Virus record (IMG/VR): IMGVR_UViG_3300005253_001911
Source of the DNA: an uncultured virus (IMG/VR IMGVR_UViG_3300005253_001911)
Lineage: Duplodnaviria > Heunggongvirae > Uroviricota > Caudoviricetes
Direction: 5' to 3' (one strand)
DNA length: 23,758 nt
In this document: one piece after another, positions 1-9,391 of the stretch
Numbering within the stretch: the first letter of the stretch is position 1
Layout: every line of letters begins with the position of its first letter
Translations under genes and position numbers: made by a program
The notes under the pieces: model-generated
What the model was told of the DNA's origin: nothing
Seen by the model: the letters and a program-made list of their open reading frames with translations, nothing else
The model's database searches: none

Positions 1-172
1 CAGGTCCCAATCTTTCTACTGCGAATAATGCTCGCATAATAGAATCTCGCTCAATAGCTTGAAGGATCGGAGTAGTCAAGGCAGCAGCAAAAGCCCTGTT
101 TGCCATTAAACCCTCGGGGGTATTAATGTCCGCAGTGGCTTTAAACAATTTTTGCATCTCTTTTCTATCCAT
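1..172 (-). CDS. Major capsid protein, N-terminal part (runs off the left edge)
   Basis: Not in the ORF track. Manual translation from ATG at 172: MDRKEMQKLFKATADINTPEGLMANRAFAAALTTPILQAIERDSIMRALFAVERLGP..., open to the edge. GGAGG at 185-189. Canonical position after protease, scaffold and decoration genes. Confidence 0.75.
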   Translation of the reverse strand, partial: MDRKEMQKLFKATADINTPEGLMANRAFAAALTTPILQAIERDSIMRALFAVERLGP

Positions 173-192
173 AATCTTAACTATCCTCCATC

Positions 193-233
193 AAGTAGTT
201 TTGGATGCACTATACGTGCTTTAATCCATACTT
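193..233 (-). promoter_or_regulatory. Bulged stem-loop in the 5' UTR of the putative major capsid gene
   Basis: Nested inverted repeats aagta(193-197)/tactt(229-233), tggat(202-206)/atcca(224-228), gcac(207-210)/gtgc(216-219), 5-nt loop; ends 3 nt before the RBS. Confidence 0.45.
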
Positions 234-243
234 ACTCAAAAAT

Positions 244-846
244 TTATATCAAAAGCTTTACCCTAATAGGATAAAGTGTGGTGTTGTTATTATTAGCTGT
301 AACCTGTGCGGCACTTGCGCCCTTAACAACTATGGCAATAACACCGGCATTAGTCTGTCCACTTTCCTGATGCACAGTAGTCTGAGTATTCTGACTAGCA
401 CCAGAATCACAGAGTTCAGACGCAGCACTCTGACGTACAAACATATTTGTAGCAGCATTCAATGCCCCACTGCCATAATAATGAATGGTGTCCCAGATAC
501 CTAAATGGGCAATAGCTACAGGAGCAGGCTTTGATCCATTAATAACGCCGTTACCATCATAACTAGGTTGTGCAATAACATCAGAAGAACCCAAATCACC
601 AGGCATCATAAATCCAGCCGGATGAACCATATGGTATCCAGTTTTAACTTTCTGCATCAAGAAACCAAAAGCTATTTTGTTCTCATTAGCAGCATAGATT
701 TTAACAGTAGCATCAGCAGCACTAGTATCAAGGTAACAAACCGAACCTGCGTAAGCTAACACATCACCGGCTCCACCAGAAACTGTGGTCTGACCCCAGA
801 ATTGGCAGAACTGATTTTCTACAACAGGATGTCTAGGAATAAACAT
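244..846 (-). CDS. Putative head decoration/capsid cement protein, 200 aa
   Basis: Gly/Ala/Val-rich beta-type sequence, strong RBS (aaggaggg), located between scaffold and MCP. Call rests mainly on synteny. Confidence 0.55.
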   Translation of the reverse strand: MFIPRHPVVENQFCQFWGQTTVSGGAGDVLAYAGSVCYLDTSAADATVKIYAANENKIAFGFLMQKVKTGYHMVHPAGFMMPGDLGSSDVIAQPSYDGNGVINGSKPAPVAIAHLGIWDTIHYYGSGALNAATNMFVRQSAASELCDSGASQNTQTTVHQESGQTNAGVIAIVVKGASAAQVTANNNNTTLYPIRVKLLI

Positions 847-878
847 AATTACATTCCCTCCTTATCTAAATTTTGTGA

Positions 879-1631
879 TTACTCGCTTTTTTTCCGCTCA
901 TAGTTTTTAGCCATTGCTTTTCCAAGTTCTTTGTACTTACTTACCATACCATCACTTGGCAAAGTCTCCAAATTAAGAGCAGCAGCGACAGCTCTCATAG
1001 GTTCTATTGGTTTATTTAAACCAGCAGCAATTGCCTCTTCCTCAGCCTTCAACTTAGCAGCGGCAGCAGCGGCAGCGGCATCAGGATCATCATCGTTGTC
1101 AGATGACGCTTCCAGCTCCGCAACAATAGACTTACGAAGTTCCACACGCTCTGCTTTATAAGCCTCAAATACTTCATCTTCCATCTCACGAATCTTAGAA
1201 ATCTGATCTTCGATAGCCTTTTCATCAGCAGCAGATACACCGGCCTTCTTAAGCTCCTCAAATCTTATTTGAGATAACTGGCTTTTCTTCATATTACTTA
1301 TTTCTTCTTCAGCAGTCTCTGCTCTTTTGGTTAATTCTTCTTTACTAGCCTCAAAGGCGTCTTTCTCTTTCTCGAGATCCGATTTTTCAGTCTCTAGCTC
1401 ACTGATTTTATCAGAAAGCCCAGCGACAGTACTCTCAAACTCTTCTACCTTATTTCCCAACTCACTAAGCTCGCTTTCCTTTGCCTCTAAGGATGCGGCC
1501 AGCTCATTGATTTTTTCAGCAGACTTATTAAGAGCTACTTCTGTCTCTTTACGCATAGCATTTTCTTCTTTTTGTTTAAAGATGCCGTCTACAATAGACT
1601 GAACATCTTGAGTCAGCTTTATTTCAGACAT
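879..1631 (-). CDS. Putative capsid scaffolding protein (coiled coil), 250 aa
   Basis: Long Glu/Lys-rich heptad region, poly-Ala linker, C-terminal helix YKELGKAMAK. Start reassigned to ATG 1631 (MSEIKL) because AGGAGG lies at 1641-1646. Located between protease and MCP. Confidence 0.7.
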   Translation of the reverse strand: MSEIKLTQDVQSIVDGIFKQKEENAMRKETEVALNKSAEKINELAASLEAKESELSELGNKVEEFESTVAGLSDKISELETEKSDLEKEKDAFEASKEELTKRAETAEEEISNMKKSQLSQIRFEELKKAGVSAADEKAIEDQISKIREMEDEVFEAYKAERVELRKSIVAELEASSDNDDDPDAAAAAAAAKLKAEEEAIAAGLNKPIEPMRAVAAALNLETLPSDGMVSKYKELGKAMAKNYERKKSE

Positions 1632-1747
1632 AAAACTAAACCTCCTTGATTGATTTTTCAAATACTCAATAATTCTATAACCAACCTATTTTTCAAATTT
1701 TAACTCTAATTCAAAACATGCCCTTTACCTAATTCTTGTTATATTAA

Positions 1748-2146
1748 TTAACTCCAAATCTGATTAGTATGAGTACTAATAAAATCGTACCCAACACCTA
1801 ACATGATCATAACGTCAAAAGATAAGGCTACAGTATTAGTATTAACTACAAGTGTGACCTTATTTGTACCAGTGTCCTTACTAATATAATAGTTCTTAGC
1901 CGCACTAGCTGAATTAGTAGGCGTAATAAGAACTATACCAGCAGCTACATCATGATCATTAAATGAGACACCGCTGGATACTACTACTTCATCAGTACCA
2001 GATGCCAATGTAACACTTGTTCCCCACATAAAAGGGAGTCTGCGACCGTTGCCCAAATTTCTATAAAGCACCGCATTTGAATCATCGGCATTTACTCTAA
2101 CAACCTTGGGCGTACTTCCAGTTTTTCCTGTTTGTGCCTGTGGCAT
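1748..2146 (-). CDS. Small virion structural protein (possible head fibre/decoration), 132 aa
   Basis: Thr/Val/Ser/Gly-rich beta-strand sequence, GGAGG RBS, embedded in the head module. Confidence 0.45.
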   Translation of the reverse strand: MPQAQTGKTGSTPKVVRVNADDSNAVLYRNLGNGRRLPFMWGTSVTLASGTDEVVVSSGVSFNDHDVAAGIVLITPTNSASAAKNYYISKDTGTNKVTLVVNTNTVALSFDVMIMLGVGYDFISTHTNQIWS

Positions 2147-2173
2147 GAGCGATTTCCTCCTTTAGAATTTTAA

Positions 2174-3289
2174 TTATATACCTAACAGACTTTTTAACTC
2201 AGCCAAGAGATTGCCTCGTTTATCCCTTTTTGCTATGTCTCCAATCTTATGTTTGGTATAATCTTTAGTTATTTCTATAACTTTTCTTCTAGTACAATCC
2301 GGATCATCTGCACTTCTAGAGTATATTGCTGTACATGCAATATCATACAGATTGCACCAATCTTCATGTAAAATTTTAGCATCAGGGCCCTCATAAGTAG
2401 CATCAACTACGCGCCTCTTAAAACTTATACAGATGCCAGTAGTAGTTTGAGAACGAACATCATCTCTATTTGGACCTCCTTGTACAGCTACGGGAGATGT
2501 CACAATAGCTTCGGCGCTCTCCTTCTTTTTAACTCCAATCTCAAGATCGTCCGTTGGTTCTAGTTCTATTACAATCTCACCCTCGCCTAACTCCTTTTTT
2601 TTCGCTGTCTCTAAAATGACCGATCTTGGATTAGCCGGGTTTTTTACCAAACCACATCCAGAAAAAAGCAGGCCACGTAAAACACGAGCGATCTCTCCAT
2701 TTGCAATTTCCTTGCCTTTTCGTAATACTTTTGCTGCTTTTCCTAACATATTCTCTGAAGTCAGGCCCAAAGCTTCAGCTTCCTTTTTAGATAATATGAG
2801 ATCTCCTATCTTTATATCATAGTCCTGAAAATAAGTTTCCATCGACAATTTCCACTTATCATCCTTGACTTCCTCTGCCAGCTCTGTAAATCTGCTTTTA
2901 TATAAAATACCAGCAATCATAACATCTATATCCATTTTCTCTAATTCTTCACTATTCATATCTTCCAAAGTTTGCATATCCAGTTTTTTACCTGCTCTGT
3001 CAACAAAAACACTTGAATATATATGCCCAACTATATTCGTCTCCTCATGCTCAATATCCAGAGCCTTGTTGTCAATAGTGGCATGAGCCTTCACCATTTC
3101 AGAGGGTAAAAAATATGCCTTATTCAAATTTTCTCCAGATGACAGAAAGATACCAGAAAAGAACAACATATCTGGTGTTTTATTATCTGGAAATTTTACT
3201 ACAGAAGCAACTTCTTGCCTAAGTTCGTCTGTACCCTCAAATAGCTTTATATCTGCCTCAAGTGTAACAGATTTAAATTTATTTTCCAC
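2174..3289 (-). CDS. Putative prohead maturation protease with Cys-rich C-terminal extension, 371 aa
   Basis: Motifs typical of HK97/herpes-fold phage proteases: ENLNKAYF, LDIEH..IVGHI (candidate catalytic His), KLSMET (candidate Ser), FSGCGLVKNPANPRSVI. GTG start with GGAGG. Directly downstream of portal. Confidence 0.7.
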   Translation of the reverse strand: MENKFKSVTLEADIKLFEGTDELRQEVASVVKFPDNKTPDMLFFSGIFLSSGENLNKAYFLPSEMVKAHATIDNKALDIEHEETNIVGHIYSSVFVDRAGKKLDMQTLEDMNSEELEKMDIDVMIAGILYKSRFTELAEEVKDDKWKLSMETYFQDYDIKIGDLILSKKEAEALGLTSENMLGKAAKVLRKGKEIANGEIARVLRGLLFSGCGLVKNPANPRSVILETAKKKELGEGEIVIELEPTDDLEIGVKKKESAEAIVTSPVAVQGGPNRDDVRSQTTTGICISFKRRVVDATYEGPDAKILHEDWCNLYDIACTAIYSRSADDPDCTRRKVIEITKDYTKHKIGDIAKRDKRGNLLAELKSLLGI

Positions 3290-3358
3290 GACACGCCTCC
3301 TTAAAAAGTAAAGTCTCTATAATACAATGGTTAGATTATTTACAAGTACTTGCCCCCA

Positions 3359-5308
3359 TTATTGATTATCATTTCTCATTTCTTCTAAAAATCCCTCTAA
3401 AAATTCCTGAAATTGTTCCTCATCCATAATTTCTGCAGCATTTGCCATTACAGTATTCATATTAATACTCGCAGCTTGTGAACTTGGTTTAGGCTGATTA
3501 CTAGGTGATTGATTAGGCACCTTAGTTTTTGTTGCCGGTTTAGTATTTGGCTGCTTCTTTTTAGCCGGTTTTCCCTTTGGGCGTCCACTAGAAGGGGTAC
3601 CTTTAGGCGCCCCTGTTGGTTGTGTAGCTGATTGTTGAAACGGACTACCAATAATGCCCAAAGTACCGTCCATAACAGAAGGAAATTCGTTTTGCATATT
3701 ATTGAATTCATTAGGAAAATCAAATCCCAACTGTTCAAGTGCAGTTTCATACGACAACATTCTACGGTCCACCAACTGAGAAATTGTAGCCATATAAAGT
3801 ATAATATCTCGTAATATAGTATTATCCCATCTAACTTTTGGGAACCTATCAAATCCAGCAGCCTCAGCTATCTGCTGATATTCATGATATATCCACTGCG
3901 TCACCTGCCGCCTGGCATAATTAATTTCTTCAATCATTGTTTTCACCATCAGCCCAGTCTCTGCCTGATTTACATTATCACCAGTACCATCTATAAATGC
4001 CCTAGAAAATGCCAAACCACCAGTAATATCTTTATTAACCTGGTCATATTTTCCCTGTCCAAGAATAGCTTCAATTTCAGGCGATACTATTTTTTCTATC
4101 TGTAAAGTATGATTCCACACAACATCAAAAGATTTAGATGTGGTGTTAAATAATTGTGATACTGTTTCCAACTGAGTCTGATCTATACAGGGGTAGTCAT
4201 CATTACCAACAGTTATTTTGAGTATATAATTAGAAATACCATCTAAAGTGCTTAAATCTGCTTCTCGCAGCGAATTCTTATATTCTAGCGAATCAAATAC
4301 TTTTATACCCCTCGGTTTAGGATAGCGCTCATACGGCTGCTTCCTATAATCAACAGCACCAACAAACAAAGGATCAAGTTCAATTTTACCGCCGCCGCTA
4401 ACAGCTAACTTGAAGTCAGAAGGCAGTAATTTTATTATCAATTTCTCATCTTCTGTTAAGTCACCAGGATCCTTTGTCAATAGATCCCGTAGCTCTGCAG
4501 ATGGAGTTAAACTCACTTTGGATTTATTAAACAACAAACTACCCTCAATCTCTATTAAAAGGGGGTTCAAAATCGTATACGATATTGGCATAAATCCTTT
4601 AGACCATATATTCTTTTTTGCTGCTAGTTCTTTTTTAAGTTCTCGCTGATCCGGCTTTCTTCCATCAAGTAGACTCATGTTATAGTTTAAAACTTTGAGT
4701 TTATTCTCTCTTATACGAGCAGCTCTTTCGGTTATACCTTTCAATATACCCTTCTCTTGCTTAGTTCTTCTCTGCCCTGGTACTGCTGATAAATAACTTA
4801 TACCAGGCTCATACTTACCTACAATTTTATATGTTCTTACGAGTCCGACTCTAAAAAAATCAAAAAACATCCAATTGAGCATCTGATCAAAACCTACGTC
4901 AAAATTCCATACGTCATAGAATAGTTTCAGTTCTTCATCATCTATATCATTCTCAAAACCCTTAGAAGCGAAATTTGTTAATACATCTATATGAGATCCA
5001 TAAAAATCGTTCTCATAGTAATATTTTATAGCTCTTTTATATAATTCTTGTGGATTTTCTTCAGATGGTGATGTTTTGGCAAGATCCAACGTAGTACGAT
5101 CCATCACATCACGACGCAGTGTAGATGCTCTAGCCATACGTGGCGACAAACCCCTACCATCCGGCAAACTTGCCAACACCCTGTCATTTGGCGTCAAAAA
5201 GAATGTAGATTTACCGCTCGATTCATCCACCTCTATTTTCTGAATACCAACTTCAGGATATTTCTTTTTTAAATCAGTTGTAACTTTTTCTAATTGTGTA
5301 GAATCCAT
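3359..5308 (-). CDS. Portal protein, 649 aa
   Basis: Size and position between terminase and protease; helical portal-like segments (IDVLTNFASKGF, FFRVGLV, LSYETALEQLGFD); low-complexity GRP/Lys/Pro tail. GGAG RBS. Confidence 0.75.
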   Translation of the reverse strand: MDSTQLEKVTTDLKKKYPEVGIQKIEVDESSGKSTFFLTPNDRVLASLPDGRGLSPRMARASTLRRDVMDRTTLDLAKTSPSEENPQELYKRAIKYYYENDFYGSHIDVLTNFASKGFENDIDDEELKLFYDVWNFDVGFDQMLNWMFFDFFRVGLVRTYKIVGKYEPGISYLSAVPGQRRTKQEKGILKGITERAARIRENKLKVLNYNMSLLDGRKPDQRELKKELAAKKNIWSKGFMPISYTILNPLLIEIEGSLLFNKSKVSLTPSAELRDLLTKDPGDLTEDEKLIIKLLPSDFKLAVSGGGKIELDPLFVGAVDYRKQPYERYPKPRGIKVFDSLEYKNSLREADLSTLDGISNYILKITVGNDDYPCIDQTQLETVSQLFNTTSKSFDVVWNHTLQIEKIVSPEIEAILGQGKYDQVNKDITGGLAFSRAFIDGTGDNVNQAETGLMVKTMIEEINYARRQVTQWIYHEYQQIAEAAGFDRFPKVRWDNTILRDIILYMATISQLVDRRMLSYETALEQLGFDFPNEFNNMQNEFPSVMDGTLGIIGSPFQQSATQPTGAPKGTPSSGRPKGKPAKKKQPNTKPATKTKVPNQSPSNQPKPSSQAASINMNTVMANAAEIMDEEQFQEFLEGFLEEMRNDNQ

Positions 5309-6197
5309 ATAAATTCTCCTTATTCATATTCAACTTACTGTGAGTCCATTTATGGCACTTCTTACATAATGATAACCCATTATTTATATCGAATAATAAA
5401 TTACATTGTTTAACTTTTTCCATTGTATCTATACTATAATACTCCAAAATCTGTTTCACTGGTATAAGGTGATGAGCATTCAAACACCCACCGTATCCGC
5501 TACATCTTTGACACGTATAATTATCACGCTCAAATATTTGTTTCGGCCAGTCTGCATGTTTTAACATATATCTAGCTATTTCACTTATAGATGTTACACC
5601 GCCTTTCCAATTATGATGTTTAGATCCAGTCATTCTTAAACTAGCACAGTATGCACACCTATCCCCTTTTCGCCAACCATCCCAACTAACATTATGCCTA
5701 TGCCCTTCCGGACAAATATACTCAAGCTTTTGCCGGCAATTTCTATATTCAGTAGTTAATAAAATATAACCCTCTTTCTCAAACTCAGATTTAATAAACC
5801 CAAAGTCAAGTCGCTTATCCCTACTACGCACCTTATTGTGACATGTCGGACACCTGTGACCTCTAATATTCCAATGACCCCACGTTATCACATGTTTATG
5901 TCCAAATGGACAAATATATTTCAATTTTTGCTTAGTATTAATATACTTAGTAGATAAAAGTAAATAGTTTTCAGCCATTAATAATTCCCTAATCATCTCT
6001 ATGCTATAACATCTATTACCATATGTTGGCAAATGAGAAGAGCACCCACAACTTTTATTTACCCCATGAGTGAGATCATAACTAAAAGAATGTCTATGTC
6101 CACCACACTCACACACACAAAACCACTTCGGACTACGTCGGTCAAGTACAGTTAATTTACCAAATTTTTGGCCAGTAAGATCTATAAATTCTCCCAT
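5274..6197 (-). CDS. Free-standing HNH homing endonuclease with zinc-ribbon repeats, 307 aa
   Basis: N-terminal IDLTGQKFGKLTVL..WFCVCECG..SCGC motif; two KL.YICP.GH.H...W......RC..C repeats; C-terminal RDNYTCQRC..LNAHHL..NGLSLCKKCH HNH domain. Overlaps the portal start by 35 nt. Confidence 0.85.
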   Translation of the reverse strand: MGEFIDLTGQKFGKLTVLDRRSPKWFCVCECGGHRHSFSYDLTHGVNKSCGCSSHLPTYGNRCYSIEMIRELLMAENYLLLSTKYINTKQKLKYICPFGHKHVITWGHWNIRGHRCPTCHNKVRSRDKRLDFGFIKSEFEKEGYILLTTEYRNCRQKLEYICPEGHRHNVSWDGWRKGDRCAYCASLRMTGSKHHNWKGGVTSISEIARYMLKHADWPKQIFERDNYTCQRCSGYGGCLNAHHLIPVKQILEYYSIDTMEKVKQCNLLFDINNGLSLCKKCHKWTHSKLNMNKENLYGFYTIRKSYN

Positions 6198-6199
6198 AA

Positions 6200-6670
6200 T
6201 TATACCCTATCTATTATATCGATAGTACCTTTTCTTTTCCACACATCAGCTGCGGAAAATACCCCTTTCATACCTGTAATAATTCCAAGAATAGAGGCAA
6301 ATTGTATACTAGTAATTAAACCATAGCATAATAATATAGTAATTAGTGTGATAATCCAAACCTTAATTGAAATTGACTGACTAAATAATTTCTGCAGCCA
6401 TTGGTCCCAATAGCGGTTACGAACAATAAAACAACCATTCCGTTTAGCTTTTACCTGCTTCTCTAATTCCTTTTCAAACTCCCCATCTACCTCTTTACCA
6501 AATTCATCTATCTTACCATGTACACGATCAAGCATCTCTCGTACACTTGTTGTTGTGGCTTTTTTTACACAAGCCTCAGATACAATTTCTGGGCCTTCTG
6601 GCCATTCAAGCGCCTTAATTTTTTCTTTCTTTTCTTCTACTTCTTCAACCTCTTGTGGCAATTTTGCCAT
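6200..6670 (-). CDS. Membrane protein, holin-like
   Basis: Charged N-terminus, then two closely spaced hydrophobic segments (SIKVWIITLITILLCYGLI; QFASILGIITGMKGVF) and a basic tail. Start probably ATG 6670 or 6673, after GGGAGA at 6678-6683. Confidence 0.45.
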   Translation of the reverse strand: MAKLPQEVEEVEEKKEKIKALEWPEGPEIVSEACVKKATTTSVREMLDRVHGKIDEFGKEVDGEFEKELEKQVKAKRNGCFIVRNRYWDQWLQKLFSQSISIKVWIITLITILLCYGLITSIQFASILGIITGMKGVFSAADVWKRKGTIDIIDRV

Positions 6671-6685
6671 CATACAGTCTCCCAA

Positions 6686-8398
6686 TTAGTCAATTTTTTT
6701 ATTTAAAACAGCGCCGGCCAAATAATCTTTGCCCATACCTCCCACGATAGTAGCAAACTTGGCTCCAGGTTTATGCTGTCTCATCATTCCCTGAGCATGT
6801 AATATTTTCTCTTCTTCTTGAACTTCTCTAAACATTTCTCTAACGCCCCAAGCAGCAAGTATTAGTGCTGAATATAAATCCTTTTTCTGCCCTTTTTTGG
6901 GGGTATCAAAATGCCTAACACCCCTAGGAGTTTGAGTAACAATAATATTCAACATTTGTGATTTCAATATTCTTATACTCTCATATAGTTTTTCGGCTAT
7001 GGGACTAGCGGTCATTGGAGGTGCAGGAAATCGTATTTCTTTATTATCCACTAATGATAGTGTATCAAAGTTAGCATCAGATATCCAGGCAGTAGTAGGG
7101 TTTATTAATTGTAATATACGCTTACCATTCTTACCTTTTGTATTATCGTCATCCATATCCAATATAGGAATATGGCTATTATATCCTTCCTGCATCAAAT
7201 CTCTTAGTGGTTTTCCTCCACCCTGAGAATCCATAAAAATTCTAACTATATTGAAAATATCAGTCAAATGTTGTAATTCAATTGTCATTTCCTGTGTAGT
7301 TTTCTTTTTTAATTCCTTTACATAAACTATTTTGTGGGGTGATCCCACTTCTATAATTAGCACTCCACAAGATGCTGTACCACCTTGATTCGGATCAACT
7401 CCTAACACATATTCTTTACCTGACTCTCCAGAAAGTCTTACACTAAAAGTACTACCTGTTGTACAAGCTTCGAGCATAGAAGCCTTAAAAAATCCATCAC
7501 TATCTGACACCATGGTAGCTTCATACTCCATAGTGAACTCTATTCTTGACATTGTTCTACGAGCTTCTTTAATATTCTCTTCATCAAGAAATGATTCAGG
7601 TAATAATTGATAAGGTATTTGATGTACAGCGTATTTAGTGTTTTCGCCCTCTTCCTTCATTGCATGCCAATAAGATTTCATTCTATGCCACATATGGTTG
7701 AACTTAAAATACCCAGACGAGGTCATTACCATCTTATTAGCAGAATCGCCAATAAAATCTTCTTTTGTAGCTAATCCCTGCAATATCAAATGTTCTTGGC
7801 GCTCACGCTCACGTACTTTCTGCATAGGTTCAAGAGATACTGACCCCATCGGCCTTAACACCATATCTACTATTTGTGGAGGTACTTGAGCTAACTCGTC
7901 AACTTCTATCAAATAGAAACGAGACCCACGAATCTTAGCTCCATCCACACCTATAGGTAAAGCTTCTATAAAACTACCGTTTGACTGATCTGTACCGCGA
8001 AATCTTAAGTAACACGTATCCGACCCCCTCACTGGTCTTTTTTCACAAGCTTCTCGCAATATTGGAGACTTCTGATATAGTCTTTCTACTTCAAGAAAGA
8101 TCATTTTTGACTGTCTAAAACTTGGGCCAATAAGGCCGACGCGATAGCCAGGATATAGTAATGCATGTAGAACAGCATTTAAACCTAGTAAAAAAGTTTT
8201 TCCAGCGCCACGCCCAGCTACAGTAATAACAAAATTTTTAAACCACATGTCCCGCAAAATAATTCGCTGAACAGGAGCTAAATCCACCCCTAAAAGATCA
8301 TACGCCGCCATGACAGGGTGCCGCCTATAGTATTGGATCATGGAGATGCCTTGCTCCATGACAAGGTCTATGTTGTCATAAATATCTATACTTACCAA
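6686..8398 (-). CDS. terL: Terminase large subunit, 570 aa
   Basis: Walker A AGRGAGKT, GPSFRQS motif, IRGSRF and Walker B LIEVDE, coupling motif MTSS, RNase H-like nuclease LGVDP, FMDSQGGG and KDLYSALILA. TTG start. Confidence 0.93.
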   Translation of the reverse strand: MVSIDIYDNIDLVMEQGISMIQYYRRHPVMAAYDLLGVDLAPVQRIILRDMWFKNFVITVAGRGAGKTFLLGLNAVLHALLYPGYRVGLIGPSFRQSKMIFLEVERLYQKSPILREACEKRPVRGSDTCYLRFRGTDQSNGSFIEALPIGVDGAKIRGSRFYLIEVDELAQVPPQIVDMVLRPMGSVSLEPMQKVRERERQEHLILQGLATKEDFIGDSANKMVMTSSGYFKFNHMWHRMKSYWHAMKEEGENTKYAVHQIPYQLLPESFLDEENIKEARRTMSRIEFTMEYEATMVSDSDGFFKASMLEACTTGSTFSVRLSGESGKEYVLGVDPNQGGTASCGVLIIEVGSPHKIVYVKELKKKTTQEMTIELQHLTDIFNIVRIFMDSQGGGKPLRDLMQEGYNSHIPILDMDDDNTKGKNGKRILQLINPTTAWISDANFDTLSLVDNKEIRFPAPPMTASPIAEKLYESIRILKSQMLNIIVTQTPRGVRHFDTPKKGQKKDLYSALILAAWGVREMFREVQEEEKILHAQGMMRQHKPGAKFATIVGGMGKDYLAGAVLNKKID

Positions 8399-8406
8399 AT
8401 GTTATC

Positions 8407-8934
8407 CTACTCTTCCGTATTTACTAACTCAGCGTCCTCATCGTTTTTATTGCCAATCAATAGTTCAGACTTTACTATTTCATCGTCCTCTTCCCTGAAC
8501 TGCCCTATACGTTCCATAGATTCTCTCTTCTTTTCCGTATCAAACGCTACCGCCAGATCAACAATAGAGAAGCCGCTGTATTTCTTGGGGTCTATACGGT
8601 CTTTTCTCCGTGCCGCTAAATTATCTTTCATTTTTTCTGTTTGCTTTCTCAGCTTTTCTATGGCTGCTGAAGTATCTATTTGCATATTTGCACTGCCCTT
8701 ACTAGCTTTTAGTAATCGTATTTCCAATACCCTATTCATAGCTATAGAAAATATATCATCTACATCATTTGCTGTAAGTTGAGACTCATCAAAATCCTTC
8801 AAGTATATACCTATCAGTCCTTCATACATAACTAATTCATTCTCTTCGAATATATCAGATGCTGGTATAATATTCTGTAATAAGTCTTTAAATTTAGGTG
8901 GGTTTTTTGGTCTACCTTTTTTTACATTTACCAT
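8407..8934 (-). CDS. Putative terminase small subunit, 175 aa
   Basis: Immediately upstream of terL; basic KKGRPK N-terminus, helical core and coiled-coil oligomerisation-like segment. Mostly a synteny call. Confidence 0.55.
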   Translation of the reverse strand: MVNVKKGRPKNPPKFKDLLQNIIPASDIFEENELVMYEGLIGIYLKDFDESQLTANDVDDIFSIAMNRVLEIRLLKASKGSANMQIDTSAAIEKLRKQTEKMKDNLAARRKDRIDPKKYSGFSIVDLAVAFDTEKKRESMERIGQFREEDDEIVKSELLIGNKNDEDAELVNTEE

Positions 8935-8944
8935 AATAGTTTTT

Positions 8945-9379
8945 CTATACCAAAGAATGTAGTTCTAACTCATTCTGGCCTTCTTCTTTCAGCTCCTCTT
9001 TTAAAATCATTAAAAGTTCGGGGGTTATATTATGACCAAAAAGATGCTCTATATCAGATCCCATACAAATTTCTAACTGCCTTAAATATATAAGTCTTCT
9101 TTCCGTCATAACATGTTCTGTTTTATCTATATCTTCTCTGTGATCGCAAACCCAATCCACAGCTTCGTCAGACACATAACTATATTCATTTTCTAAACTT
9201 AAAGATAGTGAGTCTCTTTTTCTAAAATATGCCGCTAAAGATCGTGATATTTTATCCTTTGTTTCTTTAGTATGGCAACATCCTAATCGTTTCTGTCTTA
9301 TTCTATCTTTAGTTCCTTCACTTAGTCTATGTCCGTACGGCCTTCCCGCCTTTTTCTTGGTTATGATCTCGTCCTTCAT
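8945..9379 (-). CDS. NUMOD3-motif DNA-binding protein without a recognisable nuclease domain, 144 aa
   Basis: Two NUMOD3-like repeats (GHRLSEGTKDRIRQKRLG; CHTKETKDKISRSL); acidic helical C-terminal half. Confidence 0.55.
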   Translation of the reverse strand: MKDEIITKKKAGRPYGHRLSEGTKDRIRQKRLGCCHTKETKDKISRSLAAYFRKRDSLSLSLENEYSYVSDEAVDWVCDHREDIDKTEHVMTERRLIYLRQLEICMGSDIEHLFGHNITPELLMILKEELKEEGQNELELHSLV

Positions 9380-9391
9380 TATCCTACCTTT

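Noticed and set aside
6686..8398. Intein or intron in terL or portal
   Set aside because: Both ORFs are continuous and of ordinary size, with no intein splice motifs seen.
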